64,000 nucleotides of DNA, from NCBI GenBank assembly GCA_002269645.1, contig NIVC01000323.1, forward strand, positions 186,001-250,000. The letters are read 5' to 3'. Numbering within the stretch: position 1 is the first letter of the stretch; each line of letters starts with the position of its first letter. The notes under the pieces were generated by a model, which saw only the letters and a program-made list of their open reading frames with translations, ran no database searches and was not told where the DNA came from. The position numbers and the translations under genes are program-made. This document shows, piece after piece, positions 1 through 10,622 of this stretch. The DNA is from Macrostomum lignano. Lineage: Eukaryota.

Positions 1-2473
1 TCGGCCAGGTATCTTAGCTGGAGCAGCTCATTGCCAACTGCTGCTGAGTCCTGTTGAGACAGGCAGCCGCGCAGATTGGACAGGAGCGCGGCGCAGAGCA
101 GACATGAGCAGGAGATGGCGACAGTCCAGGCACAGTAGGCCAAATTTAGCAAGCGTCTGCTTTCCGGTAGAATCAAAGCAAACTGAACCACAGCCAGCGG
201 CCTCACAAGCAGCGAGGCCAGCAGGAGGCCGACAATTTTCATCCAGCGCCGGTCCCTGACCCAGCGGCCAAGCTGCACGCCAGCAAAGTACAACGCCAGT
301 AGGCCCGGTATGGAGGCCAGGCCTTCACGATTCTGACCAATCAGGCTGGACCGATTGTAGGGCTCGTAATGGCCAGGTGCGAGCACGGCTTTGGCCAAAC
401 CCGTCGCTAGGACGGCTTCATGAGCCAGCGCTAGCAGCAACGCCAGGAGCAGCGGCGGTGGCGGCTGACGCATCAGCGTGGTGAGAAGCTCCAACGCCGT
501 GCCCAGAGCTCGAGCGATGGCCAACGAATAAAAAGCGCTCCAGTGGACTCCGTATTCCCACCATTCGGCTGCGAAGCGCAGATGTGTCGGGGGGAACGGG
601 TCCTTTAGCTGATCCGGGTCGGTCAGCTGGACCTGAGCTCGGTTTCTCATGACACGGTTGAATGCCAGCGACCTTTGCAGGCTGATGCAGAGCCCCAGCC
701 CGGTCAGGATGGCTGACTGACGGCTGCAGCATCTGAGCACGCGGGAGCTGTGGGTGGAGTAGGGTCAGGATGTGAGGGTTGGAATTGGGTCAGGATGTGA
801 GGGTTGTAGTTGGGTCAGGATGTGAGGCTGGAGTTGGGTCAGGATGTGAGGGTTGGAGTTGGGTCAGGATGTGAGGCTGGAGTTGGGTCAGGATGTGAGG
901 CTGGAGTTGGGTCAGGATGTGAGGCTGGAGTTGGGTCAGGATGTGAGGCTGGAGTTGGGTCAGGATGTGAGGCTGGAGTTGGGTCAGGATGTGAGGCTGG
1001 AGTTGGGTCAGGATGTGAGGGCTGGAGTTGGGTCAGGATGTGAGGGCTGGAGTTGGGTCAGGATGTGAGGGGGAGTTGGGTCAGGATGTGAGGGGGAGTT
1101 GGGTCAGGATGTGAGGCTGGAGTTGGGTCAGGATGTGAAGGAGGTCTATCATCGATGATGCAACAATTACAGTAAAGCACCAAGCAATCTCACCGATCCA
1201 CACGCATGCGAGAACTAGATGACTGAGCAGTGGGTGCCACGGTGCCCAGACAGATAACAAAGCAACCGATGCCCAGGTCCATGAGGCCCGTTCCGAAAGT
1301 CTTGGACTTGCTAAACTGGTTATTCCAGCAGGGCAGGTCGCGGCAGAAGATGCACAGAGAGGTGCAGATGTACAGGGCGCAGCGATAGGCAGACAGAATC
1401 GGATCGAATGGCCGCTTTTCAGTAATGAGACATGCAAAGTCAGCTGCTGATCTTCCAGAACTGTTTTTGCTGACTTTGGCCAACAGGTCTCTGCAGCGTC
1501 TTATTGAAATTGGCCAAGTCCGGTGACCCAGAGCGATCATAGCTAATGCGACACTGACTGCAGAATATGGCACCAGAAATGTGGTATAGTTGGTAAACGG
1601 ATAATCCAAAATGCAGAATAGAAATGGTATTGACAGGATTAGGAACACGGCGAGTTGGACTGTGCTGAAATGGTATTTTTAGAGTTACCCTAGGCCTATT
1701 ATTTAGAACCAGTTGACCTAATATTTACAACCCTAGTCCAAAAAATCACAAACCTAGTATAAATTTTGGCAACTGTAGGCCTAATATCGATAACCCTGAA
1801 CCTAATATCGACAACCTTAAACCTAATATCGACAACCAGAAACCTAATATCGACAACCCTAAACCTAATATCGACAACCCTAAACCTAATATCGACAACC
1901 CAAAACCTAATATCGACAACCCTAACCCTAATATCGACAACCCTAAACCTAATATCGACAAACCTAAACCTAATATCAACAACCCGAAACCTAATATCGG
2001 CAACCCTAAACCTAATATCGACAACCCTGATCCTAATATCGACAATCTTAAACCTAATATCGACAACGTTAAACCTAATATCGACAACACTAAACTTAAT
2101 ATCGACAACGTTAAACCTAATATCGACAACCCTAATATTGACAACCCTAATATTTCTCTTGCACAAAACTTGGCCTTGGTCACAGACAATGTACATATGC
2201 CTACACCATGCTCAGCAAAATTAAACAGACTGACAAAACCCTACTGTCTAGCTCATTCAGCCAGGCAGCTCACAGTCCTTGCAGTCTCAACGAAGCCAAT
2301 TGAACTCCAAAAGCGTACCGCGCCGCACAGATCAGGCAGCTTGTAGCAGAAAATGAAGCACCATTAATTAGAAACGATTCGTAGTAGCGACTTCTAATTG
2401 TCAGGTTGGAGCCCAGGTGCATCGGCGGTGGAGGCATCGGGAATACGGCGAATGCCTTCAACAGATGTCCCAT
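1..2473 (-). CDS. PIGW: GPI inositol acyltransferase PIG-W/GWT1, 3'-truncated by the window edge. Exons 2473-2274, 1664-1194, 747-<1
   Basis: Spliced translation contains family motifs CRDLPCWNNQFSKSKTFGTGLMDLGIG (cf. AVDF..FPRRFAKTETYGTSLMDLGVG), EYGVHWSAFYSLA, QNREGLASIPG and SRRLLNLAYCAW. Both introns are GTGAG..CAG and phase 2, and they join in frame. The start Met is uncertain (2473, or a downstream ATG). Confidence 0.92.
760..1140. repeat. 24-bp minisatellite (gagttgggtcaggatgtgaggctg) filling PIGW intron 2
   Basis: Direct tandem copies visible. Confidence 0.95.
1775..2150. repeat. 21-bp minisatellite (taatatcgacaaccctaaacc) in PIGW intron 1
   Basis: Direct tandem copies. Confidence 0.95.
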
Positions 2474-3307
2474 GCTTGGCACTCGTACTGATTCGAAAAA
2501 AACCGCAATATGACTCACTAAGTAAACTTTTTCTAATCCACTATGTAAAGCTAAATATCTACGGGAAAATATCGTGAAAAGCACACAATATAAAAGCATC
2601 ATTTTTGGGTGTCAACCATAGACATATCGACATTAACATAAGACTCCCGCTAAGTAGCAATAAATCCCTGAAGCGCATGGAAAAAATATCGTTAACCAAC
2701 AATAATAGTAAATTAATAATAGCTTCACCTCACTTCACTTCACTTCACTTCACGCCTAGGCTCCCTCTGATTTTCCAATTAACGCCCTTAAAGCATTAGT
2801 ATTACTATTATTCTGCCATAGACATTTGTGTCCTTGACAAAGTGGGACAAAATTAGCGGGCAGTTAATATCATTTATATCGGTTTTTCGATTTCAACCCT
2901 AAACAGGTAGAGCTGCTGGATCAACCGCCGAGTTCCAAATATCATCTTGGACTTTGTAGATCGAGTTCAAATACAGTCAGTATCGTATGTTAAAGTTTCC
3001 ACCGTTGCGCGCAAATCCTTTTTTTCAAAATAATTATTTAAAATTGATTGCCTTGAACGTTTCGGCCATAGACAAACAAAGATTAATTTTGAACATGGTC
3101 AAATCAGGAAGAATTGGAATCGGTTTTGATGCAAGTACTGTAAACTTAATGTGCGTCAACTTACTGAATTGAAGAGAGCAAGTATCGCGCGACTGGCGAC
3201 TATTAAGCTGTCTATGGGGCTCTTATAAGAAGGGAAATTCTCTTTAGCAACATCTGTTAGCCTATGAACATGATATAGGCTGATTAACCCACCAGCTTAC
3301 CAATACG
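2474..3307. promoter_or_regulatory. Probable bidirectional promoter between PIGW and the Ig/Sp38-like gene
   Basis: The two start codons are head-to-head about 830 bp apart. The interval is unique, AT-rich, satellite-free and retains CpG. Confidence 0.5.
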
Positions 3308-5470
3308 ATGGTCCGGCTTCGGTCTTCCGCCTCACTAGCTCTACTGGCGATGTTCTTGTCCATCTGGCCCAGTCAATCCTTGATAAAGCAGAAGAACTGG
3401 TTCATCCCGACTCGTCTGACTGCTCGAATTCCCTGCCTGACCGAGGAACTGCTTAGGCCGGGCCGTACTATAGATCAAGAGCACAGCAGTACATCTTTGT
3501 ATCGTTGGGTCCAGTCCGATGGTAACATTATCGGGTCTGGATTCTATCAGACTGTGCGGCTGCTTAGGGTTCCAGCCAATCACAGCGATGTGAGTTCTGC
3601 GTGTACCTGTCTTTGTTGGGAGAGACACAGGACTTTCAGGTAGACACTTGACTTTCAGGTAGACACAGGACTTTCAGGTAGAGACATGACTTTCAGGTAG
3701 ACACATGACTTTCAGGTAGACACTTGACTTTCAGGTAGACACTTGACTTTCAGGTAGACACTTGACTTTCATGTAGACACAGGACTTTCAGGTAGACACT
3801 TGACTTTCATGTAGACACAGGACTTTCAGGTAAACACATGAATTTCAGGTAGACACAGGACTTTCAGGTAGACACATGACTTTCAGGTAGACACATGAAT
3901 TTCAGGTAGACACATGACTTTCAGGTAGACACGACTTTCAGGTAGACACATGACTTTCAGGTAGACACATGACTTTCAGGTGGACATAGGACTTTCAGGT
4001 AGACACAGGATTTTCAAGTAGACACTTGACTTTCAGGTAGACACATGACTTCCAGGTAGACACTTGACTTTCAGGTAGACACTTGACTTTCAGGTAGACA
4101 CATGACTTTCAGGTAGACACTTGACTTTCATGTAGACACAGGACTTTCAGGTAAACACATGAATTTCAGGTAGACACAGGACTTTCAGGTAGACACTTGA
4201 CTTTCAGGTAGACACATGAATTTCAGGTAGACACAAGACTTTCAGGTAGACACGACTTTCAGGTAGACACATGACTTTCAGGTAGACACATGACTTTCAG
4301 GTGGACATAGGACTTTCAGGTAGACACTTGACTTTCAGGTAGACACTTGACTTTCATGTAGACACAGGGACTTTCAGGTAAACACATGAATTTCAGGTAG
4401 ACACTTGACTTTCAGGTAGACACATGACTTTCAGGTAGACACATGAATTTCAGGTAGACACAAGACTTTCAGGTAGACACGACTTTCAGGTAGACACATG
4501 ACTTTCAGGTAGACACATGACTTTCAGGTGGACATAGGACTTTCAGGTAGACACAGGATTTTCAGGTAGACACTTGACTTTCAGGTAGACACATGACTTC
4601 CAGGTAGACACTTGACTTTCAGGTAGACACTTGACTTTCAGGTAGACACTTGACTTTCAGGTAGACACTTGACTTTCAGGTAGACACATGACTTTCAGGT
4701 AGACACATGACTTTCAGGTAGACACTTGACCTTCAGGTAGACACTTGACTTTCAGGTAGACACAGGACTTTCAGGTAGACACTTGACTTTCATGTAGACA
4801 CTTGACTTTCAGGTAGACACTTGACTTTCAGGTAGACACTTGACTTTCAGGTAGACACAGGACTTTCAGGTAGACACAGGACTTTCAGGTAGACACGACT
4901 TTCAGGTAGACACAGGACTTTCAAGTGGAAACAGGACTTTCTGGCAGATACATGGACTTTCTGGTAGATACATGGACTTTCTGGTAGAGAGACAGTGGGG
5001 TGTCAGGTAGAGAGACAGTGGGGTGTCAGGTAGAGAGACAGTGGGGTGTCAGGTAGAGAGACAGTTGGGTGTCAAGTAGAGAGACAGTGGGTGTCAGGTA
5101 GAGAGACATAAATGGTATGACTGTAACGTCAGACAAGACCATGCAAGTGTCAACAGCTACATACAAAGACATGACTGTCGCAGACTTTTCACGTGGTCCA
5201 GTTGGAGTGCATGCTGTACGACTGGACCACCGACTCCACCTTGACCTCGGCTCACAAGATCAACTTCTACGAGAGCCCGACGCTGACTTCGGCAGTCACT
5301 TTGGGCTTCTTGTACAGACAGAATTTCACTGAGTTTGTCGATTACCTCGGCCAAGTGGACTTTGTGCGCGAATGGTGCATCAGAAATGAGCTCTGCATTG
5401 AGGTGAGTCTGGGATTGCACCTTCAAGCCATATTGCTCAGAGCAACACTCCAAACTAGCTAACTAACTAG

Positions 5471-5510
<40 letters not shown>

Positions 5511-5584
5511 TTAACTAACTAACTAACTAACTAACTCACTAATTAACTAACTAACTAACTAACTAACTAATTGACTAACTAACC

Positions 5585-5672
<88 letters not shown>

Positions 5673-5796
5673 GACTGACTAACTAACCAACTAACTTACT
5701 AACTAACTAACTAACTAACTAACTAATTAACTAACTAACTAACTAACTCACTAATTAACTAACTAACTAACTAACTAACTAACTGACTAACTAACC

Positions 5797-5872
<76 letters not shown>

Positions 5873-8195
5873 GACTGACTAACTAACCAACTAACTTACT
5901 AACTAACTAACTAACTAATTAACTAACTAACTAAATAACTAAATAACTAACTAACTAATTAACTAAGTAACTAACTAAACTAACTGACTATGTAACTAAC
6001 TAACCCAATAACAACCTCAAAACCGCAGGCGGTGGTTGCCCCAGTCCGGAGTCCCGAACTGGAATTCCCGCACCTGTTTGACTCGGCAACCGCATTCGAC
6101 AGAAGTCCCCTGACCGACTTGCTGACAGAACTGCGGTCCGCCAGAGTCACTGGACTGGCGAAGGACTTCACATTCTACGTGAACTTTGTGCTTCGAATGA
6201 GAATGTCAAACAGGCTGGAGGACCTCTGCGACCCCAGGATGAAGGCCTGCTGGCAGCGGCTGCTGGAAGGCCGACATTCTGTTGTGCTTCAGTTCAGCGA
6301 GGCCTCAGTCCAGATTCTGGACAACTTCGCTGAGGAGCGAGCGACTGTGAGGTGAATTCGTTTGTAGAGGCCTTCATGTATAGGGCTTTGGCACCAAGGG
6401 GCTTTAGCACCAAGGGGCTTTGGCACCAAGGGGCTTTAGCACCAAGGGGCTTTGGCACCAAGGGGCTTTAGCACCAAGGGGCTTTAGCACCAAGGGGCTT
6501 TAGCACCAAGGGGCTTTAGTACCAAGGGGCTTTAGCACCAAGGGGCTTTAGCACCAAGGGGCTTTAGCACCAAGGGGCTTTAGCACCAAGGGGCTTTAGC
6601 ACCAAGGGGCTTTAGCACCAAGGGGCTTTAGCACCAAGGGGCTTTAGCACCAAGGGGCTTTAGCACCAAGGGGCTTTAGCACCAAGGGGCTTTAGCACCA
6701 AGGGGCTTTAGCACCAAGGGGCTTTAGCACCAAGGGGCTTTAGCACCAAGGGGCTTTAGCACCAAGGGGCTTTAGCACCAAGGGGCATCCATAGATACCA
6801 CAAACAGCGTCATCGAGCATTCTGTGTGCACGAATCCATACCTCACCCCCAAACGGTTGCAGAAAGCTTCGCATGCCAAACCAGGAGCTCACAGACGCTC
6901 CAGTGGACGCGCTGAACTACTCTCTGAGAATCTACTCCAACAGTATCTGCCCGGCCGGCTTTGCGCCAGCCAACTTGACCACACTGAAGCTGACGGAATC
7001 GTTAGGGAGCAATGGAGACGCTGTTCTGTGCTTAGCCTGCCCGCCTGGTTACTACGGCACTAACGGGCTGAACTGTTTTAAAGTGCCGAACGATCACTAC
7101 ATTAATGGCTGGGGCCAGGTGCAGGGCACACCCTGTCCAGACTTTTTTGTCACCGATAAAGCTGGAAGCGTGAGCAAGAAAAGTGAGTAGAATTCATTGG
7201 CCAGTTGATGAATGACAGGAGGCTGGATGCACCAAGAGAAAGCTGGGCAATTGATGAAGCTGTAAGAGAATGTGAGCAGTTGATGAGACTGGCGGATAAA
7301 TCTGAGCAGTTAATGAAGCTGGGAATATGAGTACAATAATGAGGCTGGGAGAGAATCTGAGCAGTTGATGAGGCTGGAAGAGAATCTGAGCAGTTGATGA
7401 GGCTGGAAGAGAATCTGAGCAGTTGATGAGGCTGGGAGAGAATCTGAGCAGTTGATGAAGCTGGGAGAGAATCTTCATGAGAAGTTGATGTAGCTGAAAG
7501 AATGTGAGTACAAAGATTATCCTGGAAGAGAATCTGAGCAGCTGGTGAGGCTGGGAAAGTCTCCGAAATTGATGAGGCTGGGAGTTTATCTAAGGAGTTG
7601 ATGAGGCTAGGAAAGAATGTGAGTACAATGAGTAGGCTGGGAGAGAATCTGAGCAGTTGGTGAGGCTGGGAGAGAATCTGAGCAGTAATGAAGCTGGAAG
7701 GGAATCTGAGCAGTAATGAAGCTGGGAGGGAATCTGAGCAGATGAAGCTGGGAAAGAATGTGAATACAATGATGAGACTGGAAGAGAATTTGAAAACAGG
7801 AACCCCCCACTGCAGACTGCACATACAACGGCACCCTGCCCGAGATGCTGGTGATGGAGGCGATGCGGCTGGCCTGGACAGAAATCGAAGAAGTATTTAA
7901 CGGTGGCATTCCGGGCCTGGTGGCCCTGCTGCTGCTGTTCTACCTGTTCTTCAGTGCCTACGCCCTGTTCTGGCAGCTGCACCGCCTCATCACCCTGATG
8001 CGCTACAAGACCCGCAGGGGCATGTCCGACCGGCTGTTGAAGCGCTTCATTGCCGAGGCCTACCTCCGGGACATTCGCCGACTGCAGTACTGGAAGGCCA
8101 AGATTGAAGCTGCTAAGCCCAATGTCCAACGATTTTCGCTTGAGAAGGAGATGCTGAATGATGATGAGAACACGGAGACTGAGACAGTTGAGTAG
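3308..8195 (+). CDS. 501-aa type I membrane protein: signal peptide, Ig-like domain, ZPBP/Sp38-like region, Cys-rich (GCC2/GCC3-like) repeat, TM helix, short tail. Exons 3308-3589, 5202-5402, 6029-6351, 6863-7182, 7816-8195
   Basis: Five exons with GT..AG borders and matching phases (0,0,2,1) give a 1506-nt open frame. Hydrophobic N-terminus, CPAGF..CLACPPGYYG..C motif, TM GLVALLLLFYLFFSAYALFW, AATAAA at about 8252. The gene model is strong; the ZPBP-like assignment is by-eye motif similarity only. Confidence 0.85.
3625..5110. repeat. 19-bp minisatellite (gactttcaggtagacactt), grading into a 22-23-bp variant at 4980-5110
   Basis: Tandem copies. Recurring variant blocks (gtaaacacatgaattt at about 3831/4151/4379) indicate higher-order duplication. 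Confidence 0.95.
5455..6002. repeat. (CTAA)n microsatellite filling intron 2 of the Sp38-like gene
   Basis: Near-perfect tetranucleotide run. Confidence 0.97.
6385..6786. repeat. 16-bp minisatellite (ggggctttagcaccaa)
   Basis: Near-identical tandem copies in intron 3. Confidence 0.97.
7200..7790. repeat. About 29-bp degenerate minisatellite (gaatctgagcagttgatgaggctgggaga)
   Basis: Tandem copies in intron 4. Confidence 0.9.
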
Positions 8196-8379
8196 TACTG
8201 ATAAAATAGCAAACAGTGTGCTAATTAGATGCGGTAACTATTAGTTTACTAAATAAACAGCTACAAATACGAGTGTAAGTACATGTACGCTCGTATGCAA
8301 ACACCTGCAAGACTCGGAAGTAAATAGTTTTTGTTTGCAATTAGTATTTCGTGCTGGTAGAACAAATTTAGAACCTGTG

Positions 8380-9215
8380 GAACCGTGGTAGACCGCATGT
8401 AGAATCGGTAGAAACCAGGTAGAACCGGTAGAGCACAGGTAGAACCGGTAGAACACAGGTAGAACCGGTAGAGCACAGGTAGAACCGGTAGAACACAGGT
8501 AGAACCGGTAGAACACAGGTAGAACCGGTAGACCGCAGGTAGAGCCGGTAGAACACTGGTAAAAGCAGTAGAACACAGGTAGAACCGGTAGAACACTGGT
8601 AAAAGCAGTAGAACACAGGTAGAACCGGTAGAAAGCAGGTAGAACCGGTAGAAAGCAGGTAGAACCGGTAGAACACAGGTAGAACCGGTAGAACACTGCT
8701 AAAACCGGTAGAACACAGGTAGAACGGGTAGAAAGCAGGTAGAACCAGTAGAACACAAGTAAAATCGGTAGAACACAGGTAAAAACGGTAGAAAACTGAT
8801 AAAACCGGTAGAACACGGGTTGAACCGGTAAAAAACAATTAGAACCGTAGAACACAGGTAGAACCGGTAGAAAGCAGGTAGAACCGGTAGAACACTGCTA
8901 AAACCGGTAGAACACAGGTAGAACCGGTAGAAAGCAGGTAGAACCGGTAGAACACAGGTAGAACCGGTAGAACACTGCTAAAACCGGTAGAACACAGGTA
9001 GAACCGGTAGAACACTGCTAAAACCGGTAGAACACAGGTAGAACCGGTAGAAAGTAGGTAGAACCAGTAGAAAACAAGTAAAATCGGTAGAACACAGGTA
9101 GAACATAAGTGAAACCGGTAGAACACAGGTAAGAACGGAAGAACACAGGTAAGAACCGGTAGAACATCGGTAGAACCAGTAGAACCGGTAGAACACCGGT
9201 AAAACTGGTAAAACC
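8380..9215. repeat. 20-bp minisatellite (gtagaaccggtagaacacag)
   Basis: Tandem copies downstream of the Sp38-like gene. Confidence 0.95.
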
Positions 9216-10130
9216 AGTCTTCTTCTTCTTCTCTACCGTAGCAGTCATGGCCGTCGGCGCACTCATTCATGCACCAGCTTCCGCCACCACTGCCTGTCTT
9301 TCCCTGCTCTTCTTACCAGCTCTGCATTGTCCATCCGGTCCATTCTTTCAGTGGGCATCTTAATTCCCCACTACCTTTTCGGTCTTCCTCTTCTTCTTTC
9401 ACCTTCAATTTCTCGTTGAACGCAGACATTTGCCATGGCTCTCTTCCTCGTCTGTTGTCCGTAATATTTGAGCTTTCTCCGCTTGATGATCTCCTCCACA
9501 GATTCTGGTTCCTAATTCCCAATACCTCATCCTTTACTTTTCCCCCAAGGCCAGGCAGGAATTGTCTTTTCTCTTTCCATCAAATCCTTAGCATTCCTTA
9601 GAAACTTTGTGAGTGTCTCCATCATTTTCTTCCCTAGAGTCCAGCTCTGACACCCACAGAGCAGTGTCGCCCATATGTGACCGCCTTCAATTGTGATTTT
9701 GAGGCGATTCTTCAAACCACTCTAATCACTCTAATCACAATTCCTAGTCTGACTTTGTCTTCACCATTCCCTGCTCTTTTCTCTCATGACTTCTATGCAA
9801 AACTTTCGTGAGATGTCCATTCCGACCTATGATACATCCTTGGACCTTGGTCTTAGCTTCTTCATACAGTCGCCTAATTAATACTCTTGTGGTGCCTTCT
9901 CCGATGTTGTACTTTTTCATTGTTCGCCAAAGCTCTTTTGGTAGATGATCTTTTGGTGATGTCTATAGCCTTTTCGTACACAATAGTCGCAATTGTTGTT
10001 AATTTGCTGTTGTGTTACAGCGGTCCTTTTCTGAAACCTGCCTGCATCTCGTTGAGCACCTGCTCTACTCTCAGTGTTGTTTTTTAAGATCATTTTAGCA
10101 GGAGTTCCCTTGAGTAAGACGTCCTTGGAC
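9216..10130 (-). mobile_element. Degenerate 5'-truncated RTE-clade-like LINE fragment
   Basis: Minus-strand fragments read EQVLNEMQAGFRKG, IRRLYEEAKTKV, IWATLLCGCQSWTLGKKMME and LKEWTG, typical of RT and C-terminal RTE ORFs. Multiple frameshifts and stops. (GAA)n tail at about 9219-9231. Confidence 0.75.
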
Positions 10131-10622
10131 TGAACAGCCGTAGGCAGCTTTCAGATGCGCCGCGCGATTATTTTATTTTGCAGGTACTTTTGCCTGTTTT
10201 TGTGCTCTTCCAGTTCTATCCAGGTTTTTCAAACAAACAAACAAACACAAAATCCATAGTTTATTTTTAAGCAGGACATTTGTCTTCGCAGTGTGTGTAT
10301 TTTGTTGTAAATATAATTAACTATTTTTTATCATATCTTTCTAACAAGTTCAGTTCGTTAGCTGTCAGTCACAAACTGAGAATGAAAAAAAAACAACACA
10401 AACAGGAGGAAAGTGTTCAGATCTATAGAGTTTTTGCCTTCTTGTTGTCTAGTTACTAAATGTAGTAATCAGAGTAGTAGTAGTATAGTAAGCGCTTCTA
10501 ATTAATATTATTTATAGGGCTAAAGTTGCAGTTGTTGTCACGCGCTAAATTCAAATCAATTCCCAAGTTCAGATTAAAACAGACGGCACCCCGTTAGCGG
10601 GTTTCCAATCCAGTTGCTGAAA

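Noticed and set aside
418-732. ORF-track 104-aa minus ORF
   Set aside because: Wrong frame; the true PIGW exon uses an overlapping frame containing the family motifs.
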